Positions 48,970 to 62,010 of a DNA stretch of 64,000 bases are shown piece after piece. Location: assembly GCA_043228905.1 (NCBI GenBank), contig JBHGNT010000014.1, positions 7,750,001 through 7,814,000 of the forward strand, given 5' to 3'. Below the pieces are notes generated by a model. The model was not told the origin of the DNA and searched no databases. It saw only the letters and a program-made list of their open reading frames with translations. Numbering within the stretch: the first letter of the stretch is position 1; every line of letters begins with the position of its first letter. Source of the stretch: Azolla caroliniana. Taxonomy: Eukaryota > Plantae > Polypodiophyta. The position numbers and the translations under genes are program-made.

Positions 48970-51900
48970 TATGAGCAAAAATCGACTTCACAATAAGCAT
49001 CTAGGGCAATCATTATATGTGTATCATTATTGTGAGATAGTTAGAACGGGGAGTGGTCTCCGTAACTATGAGAACATGTGAGAGAGGGAGAATATGAGTA
49101 AGTGCAACTCTATAGCCGTTTGTTGACGAAGAAGAACTCGAGGTCGTTTTCTCTGAGTTTCTTGTTGTACCCCCCTCATCATCATAGTGATTTTTTTCGG
49201 AGCAAGTGGAGTCCACGTGGTTTTCCCAGTTCGGGTTTCCACGATAAAATCTGTGTGTTCTTTGTTTTTAACAATTCTGTTCTTCGGTTTTCTATCTGAG
49301 CATTTTTTGTTGCACACGAATATACAAACTGTAACCGGTTGTGGCCGATCACGAGCACAACAAGTAGTATCAAAGCGAACAAGAAAATGGACGAGTTATT
49401 CGAAAGCATGTTCAAGCTCACCGGTTTCAACTACCCAGTGTGGAAGTTGAAGATGAGGGATATGCTCATGGTCAAAGTCCTCTGGCTGCCGGTACAGTTC
49501 GGGGACAAAAAACCAGACAAGATCGATGCCACGACATGGGAGGTGATGCATATGAAGACGACAACATACATACGGTGCTTCATCGACATGAGCCTGTACA
49601 ACAACTTCAATGAAGAAAGTAAGGCTCATGTGCTATGGGAGAAAATCGGCACCATGCTGGAGAGCAAAAACGGCATAAATGGGGTTTTGGTATTTCGGAA
49701 GTTACTCTGATACTAGGACGGATCCAACATGGCGGAGCACATGAACGCATTTCAGGGGCTCATAAATCAAACAACTTCGCTTGAAGTACCTCTAGCCGAC
49801 GAGGTACTTGCATTACTCCTGCTCGGTTCCCTCCCGGATAGTTGGGAGATGCTGGTTGTCACTTTGGGCAACGTCGGGCCAGAAGGAAAGCAATGGTTCC
49901 TAGCAAGGGTAAAATCAAGCATGCTAGATGAAGAATCTCACTGGAAGGACCGGGAATCTGGAACCGACCTGAAGGCCTTGGTTACGGAAGATGACCGTAA
50001 CCGGGGAAGAGGCTGAAATCGGAGTCCCCAAAATCGGGAAAAATCGGGGACAATGTCAAAGTCAAGGTGGGGAGGGGCTACTTGCTTCTACTGTGGGAAG
50101 CTGGGGGGAAGCTGGGGCACTTTCAGAAGAACTATCGGCATTTCCGGAAAGAGAAAGTGGCCGACACCACCGATTCGAAGAAGAGTTCTGACCGAAATGG
50201 TTCGGACCATAGAGGTCCGGATCGGAAAGGAACGTCGGCGATCGCGACAACTGAAGAGGGACTGTTGCTCATCATCGAGGAGAATGAGTTAAACCTTGTC
50301 GGCGACAAGACAACGTGGGTTGTTGATTCTGGAGCATCATCCCACCTCACATCGGACCAGAAATGCTTCTCGTCCTATAGTGTCGGAGATCACGACTGTG
50401 TCCAGATGGGGAATGAAGGGTCATGCCGAATTGTCGGCATAGGAGATGTGTGGTTGCTGACATCAATTGGGTGCAAATTGTTGTTGAAGGATGTCCAACA
50501 TGTTCCGAAGGTTCGGTTGAACCTAATATCAGCCGGTTGGCTAAATGATGAAGGCTATGTACATGGGTAGCATCCGAAACAGAGTCATGAAATTCAGCAA
50601 AGGAAGATTGATTGTGGCTCGAGCCCAGAAGATCAACATGTTGTACTTGATAAAGGCTACACGGTCTCACTGTTGAAGACAAAGGATCAGGTGTTGTCCG
50701 TCTTCAAGGAGCTCCACATGAGAGTGGAAAGGGAAAGCGGCTAGAAGATAAAGGCGGTTCGAGCAGATAATGAAGGTGAATATTGGGGGCAGTTCGAGGA
50801 GTACTACCAGTCAAAGGGAATCCGGCTCGAATTCACCATGTTGAAGATGCCGGAATTGAACGGGTGACGAATGAACGAATGAACCAGACCATAATGGAGA
50901 GAGTCTGAAGCATGCTAGCACATGCAAAGTTATCCTAGACGTTTTGGGTTGAGGCACTGATGACGGCGACGTACGAGATTAACTGATTACCCTCACCACC
51001 CTTCAAAGGAGACACACCACAGAGAGTATGGACCGGTAAAGACGTGTCTTACCGGCATCTGAAGGTATTCCGTTGTCTCGCTTATGTGCATGTTGCAAAG
51101 GATATGAGAGGAAAGTTGGATCCAAAGTCCCAGCCATGCATATTCCTGGGATACAGCGATGATGAGTTCGGCTACCGAGTGTGGGACTTGGTCGACAAGA
51201 AGGTGTTCTGGAGTCGAGACATAGTCTTCATGGAAGACAAGAGTATTGTCGACTGGGAGTCGAAGAAGAAGATAGCAGACTTCGGATCAACTGACGGGAC
51301 CCATCCGGCCGGAAGCCAAATAACACTTGAAGAACCGGCCGGAGTCGGACAAGAGACCAAACCGATCGAAGAAGAAGATCAGGACACTAGAACCGGACAA
51401 GACCCCAAATCAGATTCGGATGAAGAACAAACGGAGGAACCGGCAGCTGAGAACCAAGGAAGAAGATATATTCTCAGAGAGAGAAGAGCCCCCCGGAGAT
51501 TTCCGGATGCAGAGCATGTGTTACTGACGGATGAGGGGGAGTTGGAAAGTTTCAAAGAAGCCAAGAAAGACACACACGTCCGCAATTGGTTGAGTGTCAT
51601 GTAGGACGCGATGGATTCCCTGCATGAGAACCACACATATGAACTGACGGAGTTGCTGAAAGGAAAGAGGGCACTCCGAAACAAGTGGGTGTACAAGCTG
51701 AAATGGGGAGACTCCAGAAATCCACCAAGGTATAAGGTCCGCATTATGGTGAAGGGATTCTAGTAGAAGAAAGGAGTGGATTTCGATGAGATCTCTGCCC
51801 TGGTAGTGAAGATGACATCCATCCAGACGGTGTTGAGCATTTCGGCAAGCATGGACCTCGAGGTAGAGCAACTAGACGTCAAGACAACGTTCCTACATGG

Positions 51901-52073
51901 CGACCTCGACGAAGAGATCTACATGCAACAGCCAGAAGGATTCGTCAGAAAAGGGAAGGCGCACCTAGTATGCCGGTTGAAGAAGAGCTTATACGGACTG
52001 AAGCAAGCTCCCCGGCAATGGTAACGGATGTTCGACTCCTTCATGACCGATCAAGGATACCACAAGACGTAGG
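48970..52073 (+). mobile_element. Cop9: Tork-like copia remnant (partial 5' LTR to 49362, PBS 49365-49376, gag from 49387, RT broken at 52073)
   Basis: Collinear with Cop11. Degenerate PBS tagtatcaaagc. Internal deletion near 50655. Confidence 0.88.
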
Positions 52074-52099
52074 TTTAGGGTTTAGGGTTTAGGGTTTAG
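52074..52099 (+). repeat. Interstitial plant telomere repeat (TTTAGGG)3 TTTAG
   Basis: Read directly at 52074-52099. Confidence 0.95.
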
Positions 52100-52120
52100 A
52101 CTCATGTAACCCCATAGTGG

Positions 52121-54362
52121 AAGATGCACCAATACCAGCTTGGGCATGGTTATTGGAGCTATGTCAACGGAGCTAACGACACAACACTTGATGCGGCCCA
52201 CAAGGACTTCCCGGTGTGGGAACAAGCGGCAAGCAGAGTGATGTACTACTTTGCGTCCAATGTTGGAGACCAGCTGCTAAGCCATGTCCGAGATGCCAAG
52301 ACGCCAAAAGAAGCTTGGGGAAACCTGAAGAAGGTTTTAATGGCAAGCACTATGGCCCGGAAGCTGCAACTCTGACAGGAGTTGAGCAATGTCTGACAGA
52401 AGGACATGTCGGTAGCCGATTACACAGCCGGAATCAAAGAGATCTGTGACTCACTTGCCTCTATCAACGTCACTGTAGAGGAAGATGAGATGGTGCACAT
52501 CTATCTTGGGGTCCTAGCGTCTAAGTTCAGAGCGTTCCGAATGGCGGTATGTACAAGGGAGAATACGCCGTCATTTTTCGACTTACAGTCAATGCTCCTT
52601 GTAGAGAAGAACCACACCAATGCGTCAACAAGTGCACCCACCGACAGCGGATCGGCCCCGTGCGCGTGGTGGACGAGGCTGGTCGGCTCATAATGGTAGC
52701 GGCTAGCAAGAGCAAGACCGAAGGCATAGAGAACGTGCCAACAACAGTTTTGGACCCTCCACAACAAGGGGGAGTCAAGGCGGCGCCGGAGGCGAACAAG
52801 CAAAGGCCGACACAGAATGCTAGTATTGTGGTAAAAAGGGCCATAGAGAAAGCGAGTGTTGGAAGAAGCACACCAATTCGGACAGATCCGGATCCGGCAA
52901 GGACAACAGAGAGAACCGGCAATACTCGCACTACGCAGAAGGATTGGGAGGATCCAAAACCAGGAAAGTTGGTAAAGGGCCAGCCTTGGTGATGAAACAA
53001 GAGGCTAACTCGATGAAGAAGACCACTTCCAAATCAGAGGAAGTGTGGTATGTTGATTCCGGTGTGTCGAATCACATGAAGAGCCACAAAGAGTGGTTCT
53101 CTTTCTTGGAGAAACCGGAACAACTGGGAGTCGTCGAAACCGGAGACGACACTACTCACCCAATCATGCATGTCGGAGAAGTCCCTTTGAACCACATCGG
53201 ACAGAGGGGGAAGCTTATGAACGAATTACACGTTCCGACTATCACGAAGAACCTGGTGGCAATCGGTCAGATCGTTGACCAAGGGATGCAAGTGTAGTTT
53301 ACGCACCTTGGGTGCTTCATCGAGGAAGAGGGCCAGATTATTGCGCAAGGCCAGATTATTGCGCAATGACGTCGACACCGCTTTGTCCGCCAAAGGACAG
53401 AAGATTGAATCGGATATTGATCTCTGCCACGTCAATTACCGGATGCTTCAAGACCTGCAAACGAAACAAGTTGTTTTCAGTTTGCCGAAATTCAGTGGCC
53501 GGAAGGCCCAAATATGTGAAGCCTGCCAACTCGGGAAGCAATACTGGCTTCCTTTCCCCACCGAACAAAACCATAGCCGTAACAAGCTCAACCTTATTCA
53601 TTCAGATGTATGGGGACCGGCACAGAACATTAGTCTTGGCGGGAGACGATACTTCGTCTCCTTCATTGACGACTACAACCGGCACACATGGATCTACCTC
53701 ATTGAGCAGAAGAGTGAAGTCTTTGAGTGTTTCCGGAACTTGCAAAGCCTGGTTGAACGGGAAACGGAGAGGAAGATCAAGTGCCTGCGGTCGGATGGCG
53801 GAAAAGAATATTTTTCCGGCCAATTCAACAGTTATCTACAACAAAAAGGAATTCGGAGAGAGTACAATTGTAGATACACACCGGAGCAAAACGGTGTGGC
53901 CGAGAGGAAGAACGGCTCGATTATTGACGCGGCAAGGGCGATGCTGGAGGAGAAGAGCATGCCCAAATTCTACTGGGCTGAGGCGGTCCGGACGACCGTC
54001 TATATCCAAAGCCGGATCGGTGACAAGGTGTCCGCGCATGAGCTGTATTTCGGGCACAAGCCAAATTTGAGACACCTTCGGATATTTGGTAGTATTGCAT
54101 ATGTGCATGTGCCGGATGACAAGCGGAGGAAGTTGGATGCAAAGTCGGAGAAATGCATCCTGATCGGTTACTCACATGAGCAAAAGGGGTATAAGTGTTA
54201 TAACCCCCAGACGAAGCAGGTCCGAGTTAGCCAGGATGTTGAGTTTGATGGGACGACATCATGGTATGCCTTACCGGCTCCGACTTTTGACCCCGACCTG
54301 ATACAGGAGGTTGAGGCTAGTGAGCCTGAACTGGTTCAGTTAGAAGACGAAGAGTTCGAGAC
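52121..54362 (+). mobile_element. Cop10: internal gag-PR-INT fragment of the Cop3 family, no LTRs
   Basis: Close similarity to the reverse complement of 6320-8630. ORFs 52124-52375, 52406-52693, 52944-53297 and 53275-54360. Confidence 0.92.
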
Positions 54363-55358
54363 ATTGATGAATTGGAAGAAATGGTTACCAAGTTTGCAAA
54401 GGAAGAATGTGTTGAAGAAATTTACATTGGGAATGGTGTGATTATGATTTTTCTATATGCAGATGATGTAGTGCTTTTTGCAAATACTTTAGGAAATGCA
54501 CAAAAGCTTAGGAAGGCATTGGAAAAAATTTGCATGCATACTAAATTAAGTGTCAATAGCTCTAAAACAAAGATTATGCTTGTGAAGAGACAAAAAAGAG
54601 ATAAACCATGCATTATGTACAACAATGAGCCACTTGAATGTGTGGACAGCTTCATGTATCTTGGCTTTGAAGTTCCTTCAAATCATAGATGGAATGAATG
54701 TGCTACACGCAGTTTAGAGGCGGGTAAGCAAGCAGACTATGCATTTGAGAACACATGCAATCTTGGAGATATTAAGTGTTGGGTCCTCAAGAAATATCTT
54801 TTCGACACTTTGGTGGCACCAGTTCTTCTCTATGGGGTGGAAGTATGGGGCGGTAGCATCCCTAAATCTATGTGGAAAGAGTTTGAAAATGTCCAAAAAC
54901 ATTTTCTTACAAAGTTTCTACAAGTTAAGAAACAAACACCCTACACCCTCCTCCTCCTTGAGACAGGATCGCTTCCTAAGGTTCAAAAAAGTCCCTCACA
55001 TCAACTTCCTAGAATTGCATGGGAAACTAGCAAAAGATCCAAAAGAGGCATAAAATCAAAATTTTGTGTTCCGGTTGGATGCAAGATATAGAAAAATGGT
55101 TTGGTAGATGGGATGCGAGACACTTGCTTCATGATGCATCACTAGATTCCTCTGTAAATGAGGCCTTTTTGCAACGCCAATGTATCATGACATGGCACAA
55201 ATGTGGAGGCTCATGCTTCACACATTATACTACACATGTTGCACCCAATTACAAAACCATATTCTTTGCAGAACGAGAAAACCATATACATAGATACATG
55301 TTAGAGCCCATACCATTATCTGCCATTCGAACCATTGCTTCCATGCGACTTAGATCAC
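54363..55358 (+). mobile_element. Second RTE-X/CR1-like LINE fragment (RT C-terminal region)
   Basis: FLYADDVVL..LSVNSSKTKIM..FMYLG..LFDTLVAPVLLYGVEVWG. Confidence 0.85.
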
Positions 55359-57748
55359 TTTCATGAATACATAAGCATCATGGCGTCACTTGGGCTTGAA
55401 CCCAAGTCCTTGTAATACATAATCAAGAACCTAACCACTAGGATAGCATATGATTATATAAAATAATAAAAGCTACTTCTTGTAATAGATTGATTATTGT
55501 AAATGTTTTGGAACATTCTAGAACATTCTAGAATATCATAGAACATCTTAGAATATTCTAGGTCTAGAACATTATAGAAATCACTAGGCTATTCTATAGG
55601 AACCTATAAATATGGACATACAATTCTTCTCAAACCAATTCGAATCAAACTGTTAGAACCAAGAGAAAAGATAGAGTGGTAGAAGAAAGATGTAAAGAGA
55701 TAACGAGAAGAGAGGAATGAAGTGATAAGAGAAGAATGAATGTATTAGTAAGATAGAATGAATATTGATACAAGAAAGGTGACGAAAGCCCAATGGATAA
55801 GGCTTGCTTTGGAGATACAAATGGGGCAAGGATGGCAATCAACAAGATTTGTAGACTACGTCAAGGTGATCAACCAGCCTCAACATATGCAACTAATTTT
55901 CGTCTCATCGCAAGCAATATTCCTTGGGATGAACAAGCCCTAATGGAGCAATTTCGTTCCGCTATTCGTAGTGATGTGAAGGTCTTACTCTTTACCTTCC
56001 TCGAGGATCCAAAATCCCTTATAGAAGCTATTAGTCGAGCAATACAGTGTGATAATCATCTTTTTTAGTGTCGATGTGAGTGACAACAACAAATAACAAG
56101 ATCAAGATACACACCAACTTATGCATTAGTAACGGCACAATCGTCTCCAAGGTAAACATATAACTCTACTCCAACCCCAAGGCAAACACGTAGCGTAGCC
56201 CCAATGGATAGGCCAACACCCATGGAGATCGATATGACCCAACGTCGAGGACCATTGTCAGATGAAGAGAAGCAGCAACACTGAGCAAACCGTCTATGCT
56301 TATATTGCGGAGGTCCAGGACATATAGCCATTCATTGCTCCCGTAGGCCGAGACGTCAGGTAAATCAAATTCACTATGACAATAAAAATGAGTCCAACAT
56401 TTTAGAAGCACTTAGTGATTCTAATATTATGAATAATCCACTTTTGTCCAATAAGTTTGAAGTCCTAAGCCAATTAGAAGAGGAGTCAAACGAATAAGTC
56501 CGGCCAAAATAGGAGCCATTTGGTTGGACAACCCTAGCTCTGTATAACCTAGTGTAGGTTCCATTTCATCCAAGCATGTTAGTAGAGTCTTCTTAGCCCA
56601 AGTACAATTTAGGACACCAAGTTGCCAACCTCACGTCCAAGCCCTCTTAGATACCAGAGCCAATTCTTGTTTCATGGATAGAGATTTTGCCCAAAAACAT
56701 CAAATATCCTTGCACACACTTCCTTGCCCAGATTCCGTAGTAGTGATTGATGGACGTCCCATAGCTTCCGGGAAGATATTCGAAGAGTCAGACCCAATAC
56801 ACATACGCTTAGGTGATTTAGGATGTGTAGTTTCCTTTAATATAATCCGTAGCCCCAAGCATCCAATTGTCCTTGGTTTGCCATGGTTCAAGCTACATAA
56901 CCCACGAATAGATTGGAGGCGAGAAATTTGGTGCCCTTCTACAGAAAACATCATTACTAAGGATTGAACCCAAGAGTATTCCCTTAAAGAATATAGTTCT
57001 ACTAGTGCACCATCTCCTTTTCACCAAATCTGAACCATCACATTGCAACATTTGTTCCAAGTGGGAGGAAAGGAGGAACTTTTCTTATTTGAAACATCAA
57101 CAAAGTCAAAGCTAGTGTACTTCCAAAGCATCAGCCATACGATTGTCCCATTGACCTCCAACCAGGAAAAGAGCCACCGTGGGGTCCAATCTACAATCTA
57201 TCGCCAGCTGAGCTTGAGGTTCTTTGAGAATACATTGAGAAGAATCTTGCACATGAGTTTATTCGACATTCAAAATCTCCAGCCGGTGCTCCTATATTTT
57301 TTGTGAAGAAAAAGGATGGATCGCTTCGTTTGGTCATGGACGGGGATTAAATAAAGTCACCATAAGAAATAGGTATGCTCTTCCTTTAATCTCCAGTCTT
57401 TTAGAGCGCATTGGTGGGGCAAAACATTTTACAAAGATTGATTTAAGGGGTGCATATAATCTTGTTCGCATTTGACCGGGAAATGAGTGGAAAAGGGCAT
57501 TTCGCACTCGGTATGGTCATTTCGGGTATACAATCATGCCTTTCGAGCTCATAAATGCACCCGCAATTTTCCAACATATGGCAAATGACATTTTCCAGGA
57601 TTTTCTAGATATCTTTCTCATAATCTATTTAGACGATCTGTTGATTTACTCTTAAACACAGGAGGAGCATGATATACATGTCCGGAAAGTACTTGAACAC
57701 TTAAGAAAGTATGGTTTGTATGCCAAACTTGAGAAGTGCAGTTTTAAC
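55359..57748 (+). mobile_element. Gyp3: rearranged chromovirus-like gypsy remnant (LTR part 55359-55650, inverted LTR end 55651-55775, gag-PR-RT)
   Basis: LRQG..ASTYATNFR gag, CLYCGGPGHIAIHC, protease LLDT, RT motifs [35 protein letters not shown]. Confidence 0.88.
55510..55575. promoter_or_regulatory. Heat-shock element array in the Gyp3 LTR
   Basis: gGAAc aTTCt aGAAc aTTCt aGAAt (55510-55534) plus further in-phase aGAAn units. TATA box at 55603-55612. Confidence 0.72.
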
Positions 57749-60700
57749 CCCAGCATCTGTCTTGCCGGACCCAAGTCTTTCATTGAGAAGGTCCGGTTGA
57801 GAGCCTTCTTCAGCATCCGTATTTTGACTTGGTCCCGTCCGACGATCAATATGTCATCCACGTACACAAGGAGTATCAGGTAGTCTCCTCCTTCGAACTT
57901 CTTCACAAACACGCAGTGATCGGCCTGCGTCTTGTGGTACCCTTGATCGGTCATGAAGGAGTCGAACTTCCAGTACCATTGTGGGGGAGCCTGCTTCAGT
58001 TCGTACAGGCTCTTCTTCAACCGGCATACGAGGTGCTCCTTCCCTTTCCCCACGAAACCTTCCGGTTGCTGCATGTAGATCTCCTCTTCGAGGTCGCCGT
58101 GAAGGAATGTCGTCTTCACGTCCAGTTGCTCTACCTCGAGGTCCATGCTTGCTGCTATACTCAGCACCGTCCGGATGGAGGTCATCTTTACCACCGGGGC
58201 AAATATCTTGTCGAAGTCCACGCCCTTCTTCTGCTAGAACCCCTTCACCACGATCCTGGCTTTGTATCTCGGGGGGTTGCCAGCATCTCCCGGTTTCACC
58301 TTGTACACCCACTTGTTTCGGAGTGCCCGCTTTCCTTTCGGCAACTCCACCAATTCGTACGTATGGTTCTCATGCAGGGAATCCATCTCATCCTACATGG
58401 CACTTAACCATTTTCGGCTGTGGGTGTCTTCCTTCGCTTCTTCGAAGCTTTCCGGCTCCCCCTCATCGGTCAGCAGAACATGCTCTGCATCCGGAAATCT
58501 CCGGAGCGCCCTTCTCTCTCTGAGAGGATATCTACGTCTTCGGGCTTCGGTAACCGGCTCCTCCATTTGCTCTTCATCCGAATCCGATTCGGGGTCTTGG
58601 TCGGTTCCGGTCTCAGCTTCCTCTACTTCTTCTTCTGCCGGTTCGGTATCCTCACCGTAACCGGCTGGTTCCTCGAGTGCTAACCGGTCTCTTGCCGTTG
58701 GGTCTGCTCATCGTAGGGTCGATCCTTACCAGTCGACTCGGAGTTCATTATCTTCTTCTCCGACTCCCAGTCGGCGAGCGTCTTGTCCTCCATGAAGATA
58801 ATATCTCGACTCCGGAATACCTTCTTGTCGACCGGGTCCCACACTCGGTAGCCGAACTCATCGTCACCGTAACCGAGGAATATGCATGGCCGGGTCTTTG
58901 GATCCAGCTTTCCTCTCCGGTCCTTAGCTACATGCACGTACGCGAGACACCCGAACACCTTCAGATGCCGGTAGGATACTTCCTTACCGGTCCACACACT
59001 CTGTGGCATGTCTCCGTCCAAGGGTACTGAGGGTGATCTATTTATCACGTATGTCGCTGTCGACAGTGCCTCAGCCCAAAACTTCTTGGGTAGTTTTGCA
59101 TGCGCTAGCATACTCCGGACCCTCTCCATTATGGTCCGGTTCATCCTCTCGGCCAGTCCGTTTAGTTCCGGCGTCTTCGGCACGGTAAATTCGAGCCGGA
59201 TTCCCTTCGAGCGGCAGTACTTCTCGAACTGCCCCCGGTACTCTCCTCCGTTATCTGCTCGAACCGCCTTCAGCTTCTGGCCGGTTTCTCTTTTCACTCT
59301 CGCGTGGAGCTCTGTGAAGACGGATAACACCTGATCCTTTGTCTTCAACGGTGTGGCCCACAGCTTCCGGCTGTTATCATCTATGAACGTCACAAAGTAC
59401 TGCGCTCCGGCATGTGACTTCGTGTCTACTTGACACACATCCGTATGCACCAACTCCAGTGGTGCATTACGTCTCATCGGTGGCCTTGGTCGAAAGGAGG
59501 TCCGGTTCTACTTACCGGCCAGACAATCAGTGCACTTCTCTAAGTGCACGTTCTTCACTGGAATGAGGTTGTCGTCTGCAAGCCTCTTCATCCCCTTCTC
59601 GCTCATATGACACAGCCTCTTGTGGCACAGCTCACCTTCAGTGTCGGATGCCACGTTCACTTCTTCCAGACATAACCGGGCATTCATCAGGTACATTGTG
59701 TTTACCTTCCGAGCCCGAGCCACAATCAGGCTCCCTTTGCTGAACTTCATGACCCCATTCCGGATGCTACCCGTGTAGCCTTCATCATCTAGCCGACCGG
59801 CTGATATCAGGTTCAGACGAACCTCCGGAACGTGTCGGACATCCTTCAGCAGCAACTTGCATCCGGTTGGTGTTGACAGCCACACGTCTCCTATGCCGAT
59901 AATTCGGCATGTACCTTCATTCCCCATCCGGACACAGCCGTGATCACCGGCTGAGTAGGATGAGAAGCATTTCCGGTCCGGGGTAAGGTGGAACGATGCT
60001 CCGGAGTCTACCACCCAGGTCGTCTCGTCGCCGGCAAGGTTTATCTCACACTCCTCGGTGATGAGCATCAACTCTTCTTCGCTTGCCGCGATTGCCGTTG
60101 TTCCCTTCTGGTCCGGCCCCCTCCGGTCTTTACTGTTCCGGTCCGGGGTTTGCTTCGAATCGGTACTGTCGGTTTCCTTGTCTTTACGGAAATGCCGACA
60201 ATTCTTTTGGAAATGTCCAGGCTTGCCGCAATAGAAGCAAGTAGGCCTCCCCCTTGACTTTGACCGTGTCCCCAACTTCTCCCGGTTCTGGGGACTACGG
60301 TTTCTATGTCTTCCGCGTTCCGATTCGGTAAGAAGCGCTTTGGAGTCGGAGCTCATATCTTTGTCTTTCCGACGCGCCTCCTTATCTAGCAAGCTCAACT
60401 TTACTCTTGCTAGGGATAACCGTTTTCCTTCCGGCCCGGCGTTGCCCAAAGTGACAACCAACGTCTCCCAGCTATCCGGGAGGGAACCGTGCAGGAGTAG
60501 CGCTAATACTTCATCGGCAAGAGGTACTTCCAATGATGTTGCCTGATGTATCAGCCCCTGGAAGGCATTCATATGCTCCGCCATGCTGGAGCCATCTTGG
60601 TACCGGAGTCTTACTAGCTTCCGGAATACCGACACCTGATTGACAACATTTTTGTTTTGAAACATTATGTCGATCTTCTCCCAGAGCTCATGAGCCTTGC

Positions 60701-60932
60701 TCTCTTCATTGAAGTTGTTGTACAGGCTCATGTCAATGAAGCACCGTATATACGCCGTTGTCTTCATGTGCATCACCTCCCATATCGCGGCGTCGATTTT
60801 GTCCGGTCTCTTGTCCTCGAACTGAACCGGCAGCCAAAGGTCTTTAACCACGAGCATGTCCCTCATCTTCAACTTCCACACTGAATAGTTGGAGCCGGTG
60901 AGCTTGAACATGCCGCCAAACGATTCGTCCAT
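57749..60932 (-). pseudogene. gag-pol: Cop11 gag-pol, few lesions, truncated in RT
   Basis: CFYCGKPGHFQKNC, WVVDSGAS, LELVHTDV, NGLAERMNRT, YVDD. Isolated TAG stops. Confidence 0.93.
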
Positions 60933-61435
60933 TTTCTGTGTCGAACCTCGCTCTGATACCACTTGACGGGAACTCAAACGCTCCTTATGCACTAAGCTCG
61001 GCCACAACCGAGATTCTTTTCATACACAGAAAAAACAGGAAACGAAAAACACGACACAAAGAGGAGAAAGATACATAGGAGGTTTACGTGGAAAACCCCA
61101 AACTGGGGGGAAAAACCACGGCAGCCCGCGCAAACTGTCACTATGTAAGAATGTACAAAACAATGAGTTCACGGAGGCAACGACCTCGTGCTCACGATCT
61201 TCGCCACAGGCGGCGGTTACAACAGAGGCAATGACCTCTTTCTCTCTCTCTCTCTCTCTCTCTCTTTGTACAGTTACGCACACTCTCTATTCTTGCACCA
61301 ACAAGAATGACAACAACAACTAAAAGTTTGCCCTAAGTCATATTTATACTAATATGACTTTTCGGCTATTTACAAATATAGCCTCGATGGGCTCTCAGAA
61401 ACATATTTACGAATATGTCTCTTCCTCCGATTCTC

Positions 61436-61690
61436 ACCGGGTCTGCGTCATCCGGCTCTCCGTAGCCGGGTACTCCTCATCCGGTTCATACCAGGCCTGT
61501 ATCATCCGGCTCTCCGTAGTCGGGTACTCCTCATCCGGTTCATACCGGGCCTGTATCATCTGGCTCTCCGTAGCCGGGTACTCCTCATCCGGTTCATACC
61601 GGGTCTGCACCATCCGGTTCTCCGTAACCGGGTACTCCTCATCCGGTTCTCACCGGGCCTGTATCATCCGGCTCTCCATAGCCGGGTCCA
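61436..61690. repeat. 54-bp tandem array (dimer of 29+25-bp subunits) in the Cop11 LTR
   Basis: About 4.5 copies of catccggctctccgtagccgggtactcct-catccggttcataccgggcctgtat. Confidence 0.92.
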
Positions 61691-61774
61691 CCTCATACGG
61701 ATTCGGCCTCGGCCGAGTTTGTTTGTCGGCACTGTTCTTCTCCCTTCCCATCCGGAGGGACCTGTCTCCCAACA

Positions 61775-62010
61775 TGAAAGAAGGAAGAAGAAATAGAAAA
61801 CGGAGATGAAGGAAAGAAAGAGAGAAGGGAACAAGAAATAGAAAACACGGAGAAAGAGACGTTGAAGAAGAAGAAAACAAGAAGAAGAAGAAGGAAGGAA
61901 TCGGAGGAGACAGACAGATAGAAAGGAGGGAAAAGACAGAAGCAAGAGAAAAAGAAGGAGAAAAAGAAGGAAAGAAGAAAAGGAAAAAGAGGAGAAAAGA
62001 GAATGATAAG
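61775..62010. repeat. GA-rich low-complexity tract
   Basis: Almost pure purine run of gaa/gaaa/gga units. Confidence 0.85.

Larger units (their letters stand above)
57749..61774 (-). mobile_element. Cop11: Tnt1/Tork-like copia element, 3'-truncated (5' LTR 60964-61774, PBS 60950-60961)
   Basis: Perfect iMet PBS. Long ORFs 59508-61007 (gag-CCHC-PR), 58680-59477 (INT) and 57749-58221 (RT). Confidence 0.95.

Noticed and set aside
53275-54441. Integrase-LINE fusion protein (likewise ORF ends at 36977 and 57652)
   Set aside because: The frames run by chance across rearrangement junctions between unrelated dead elements.
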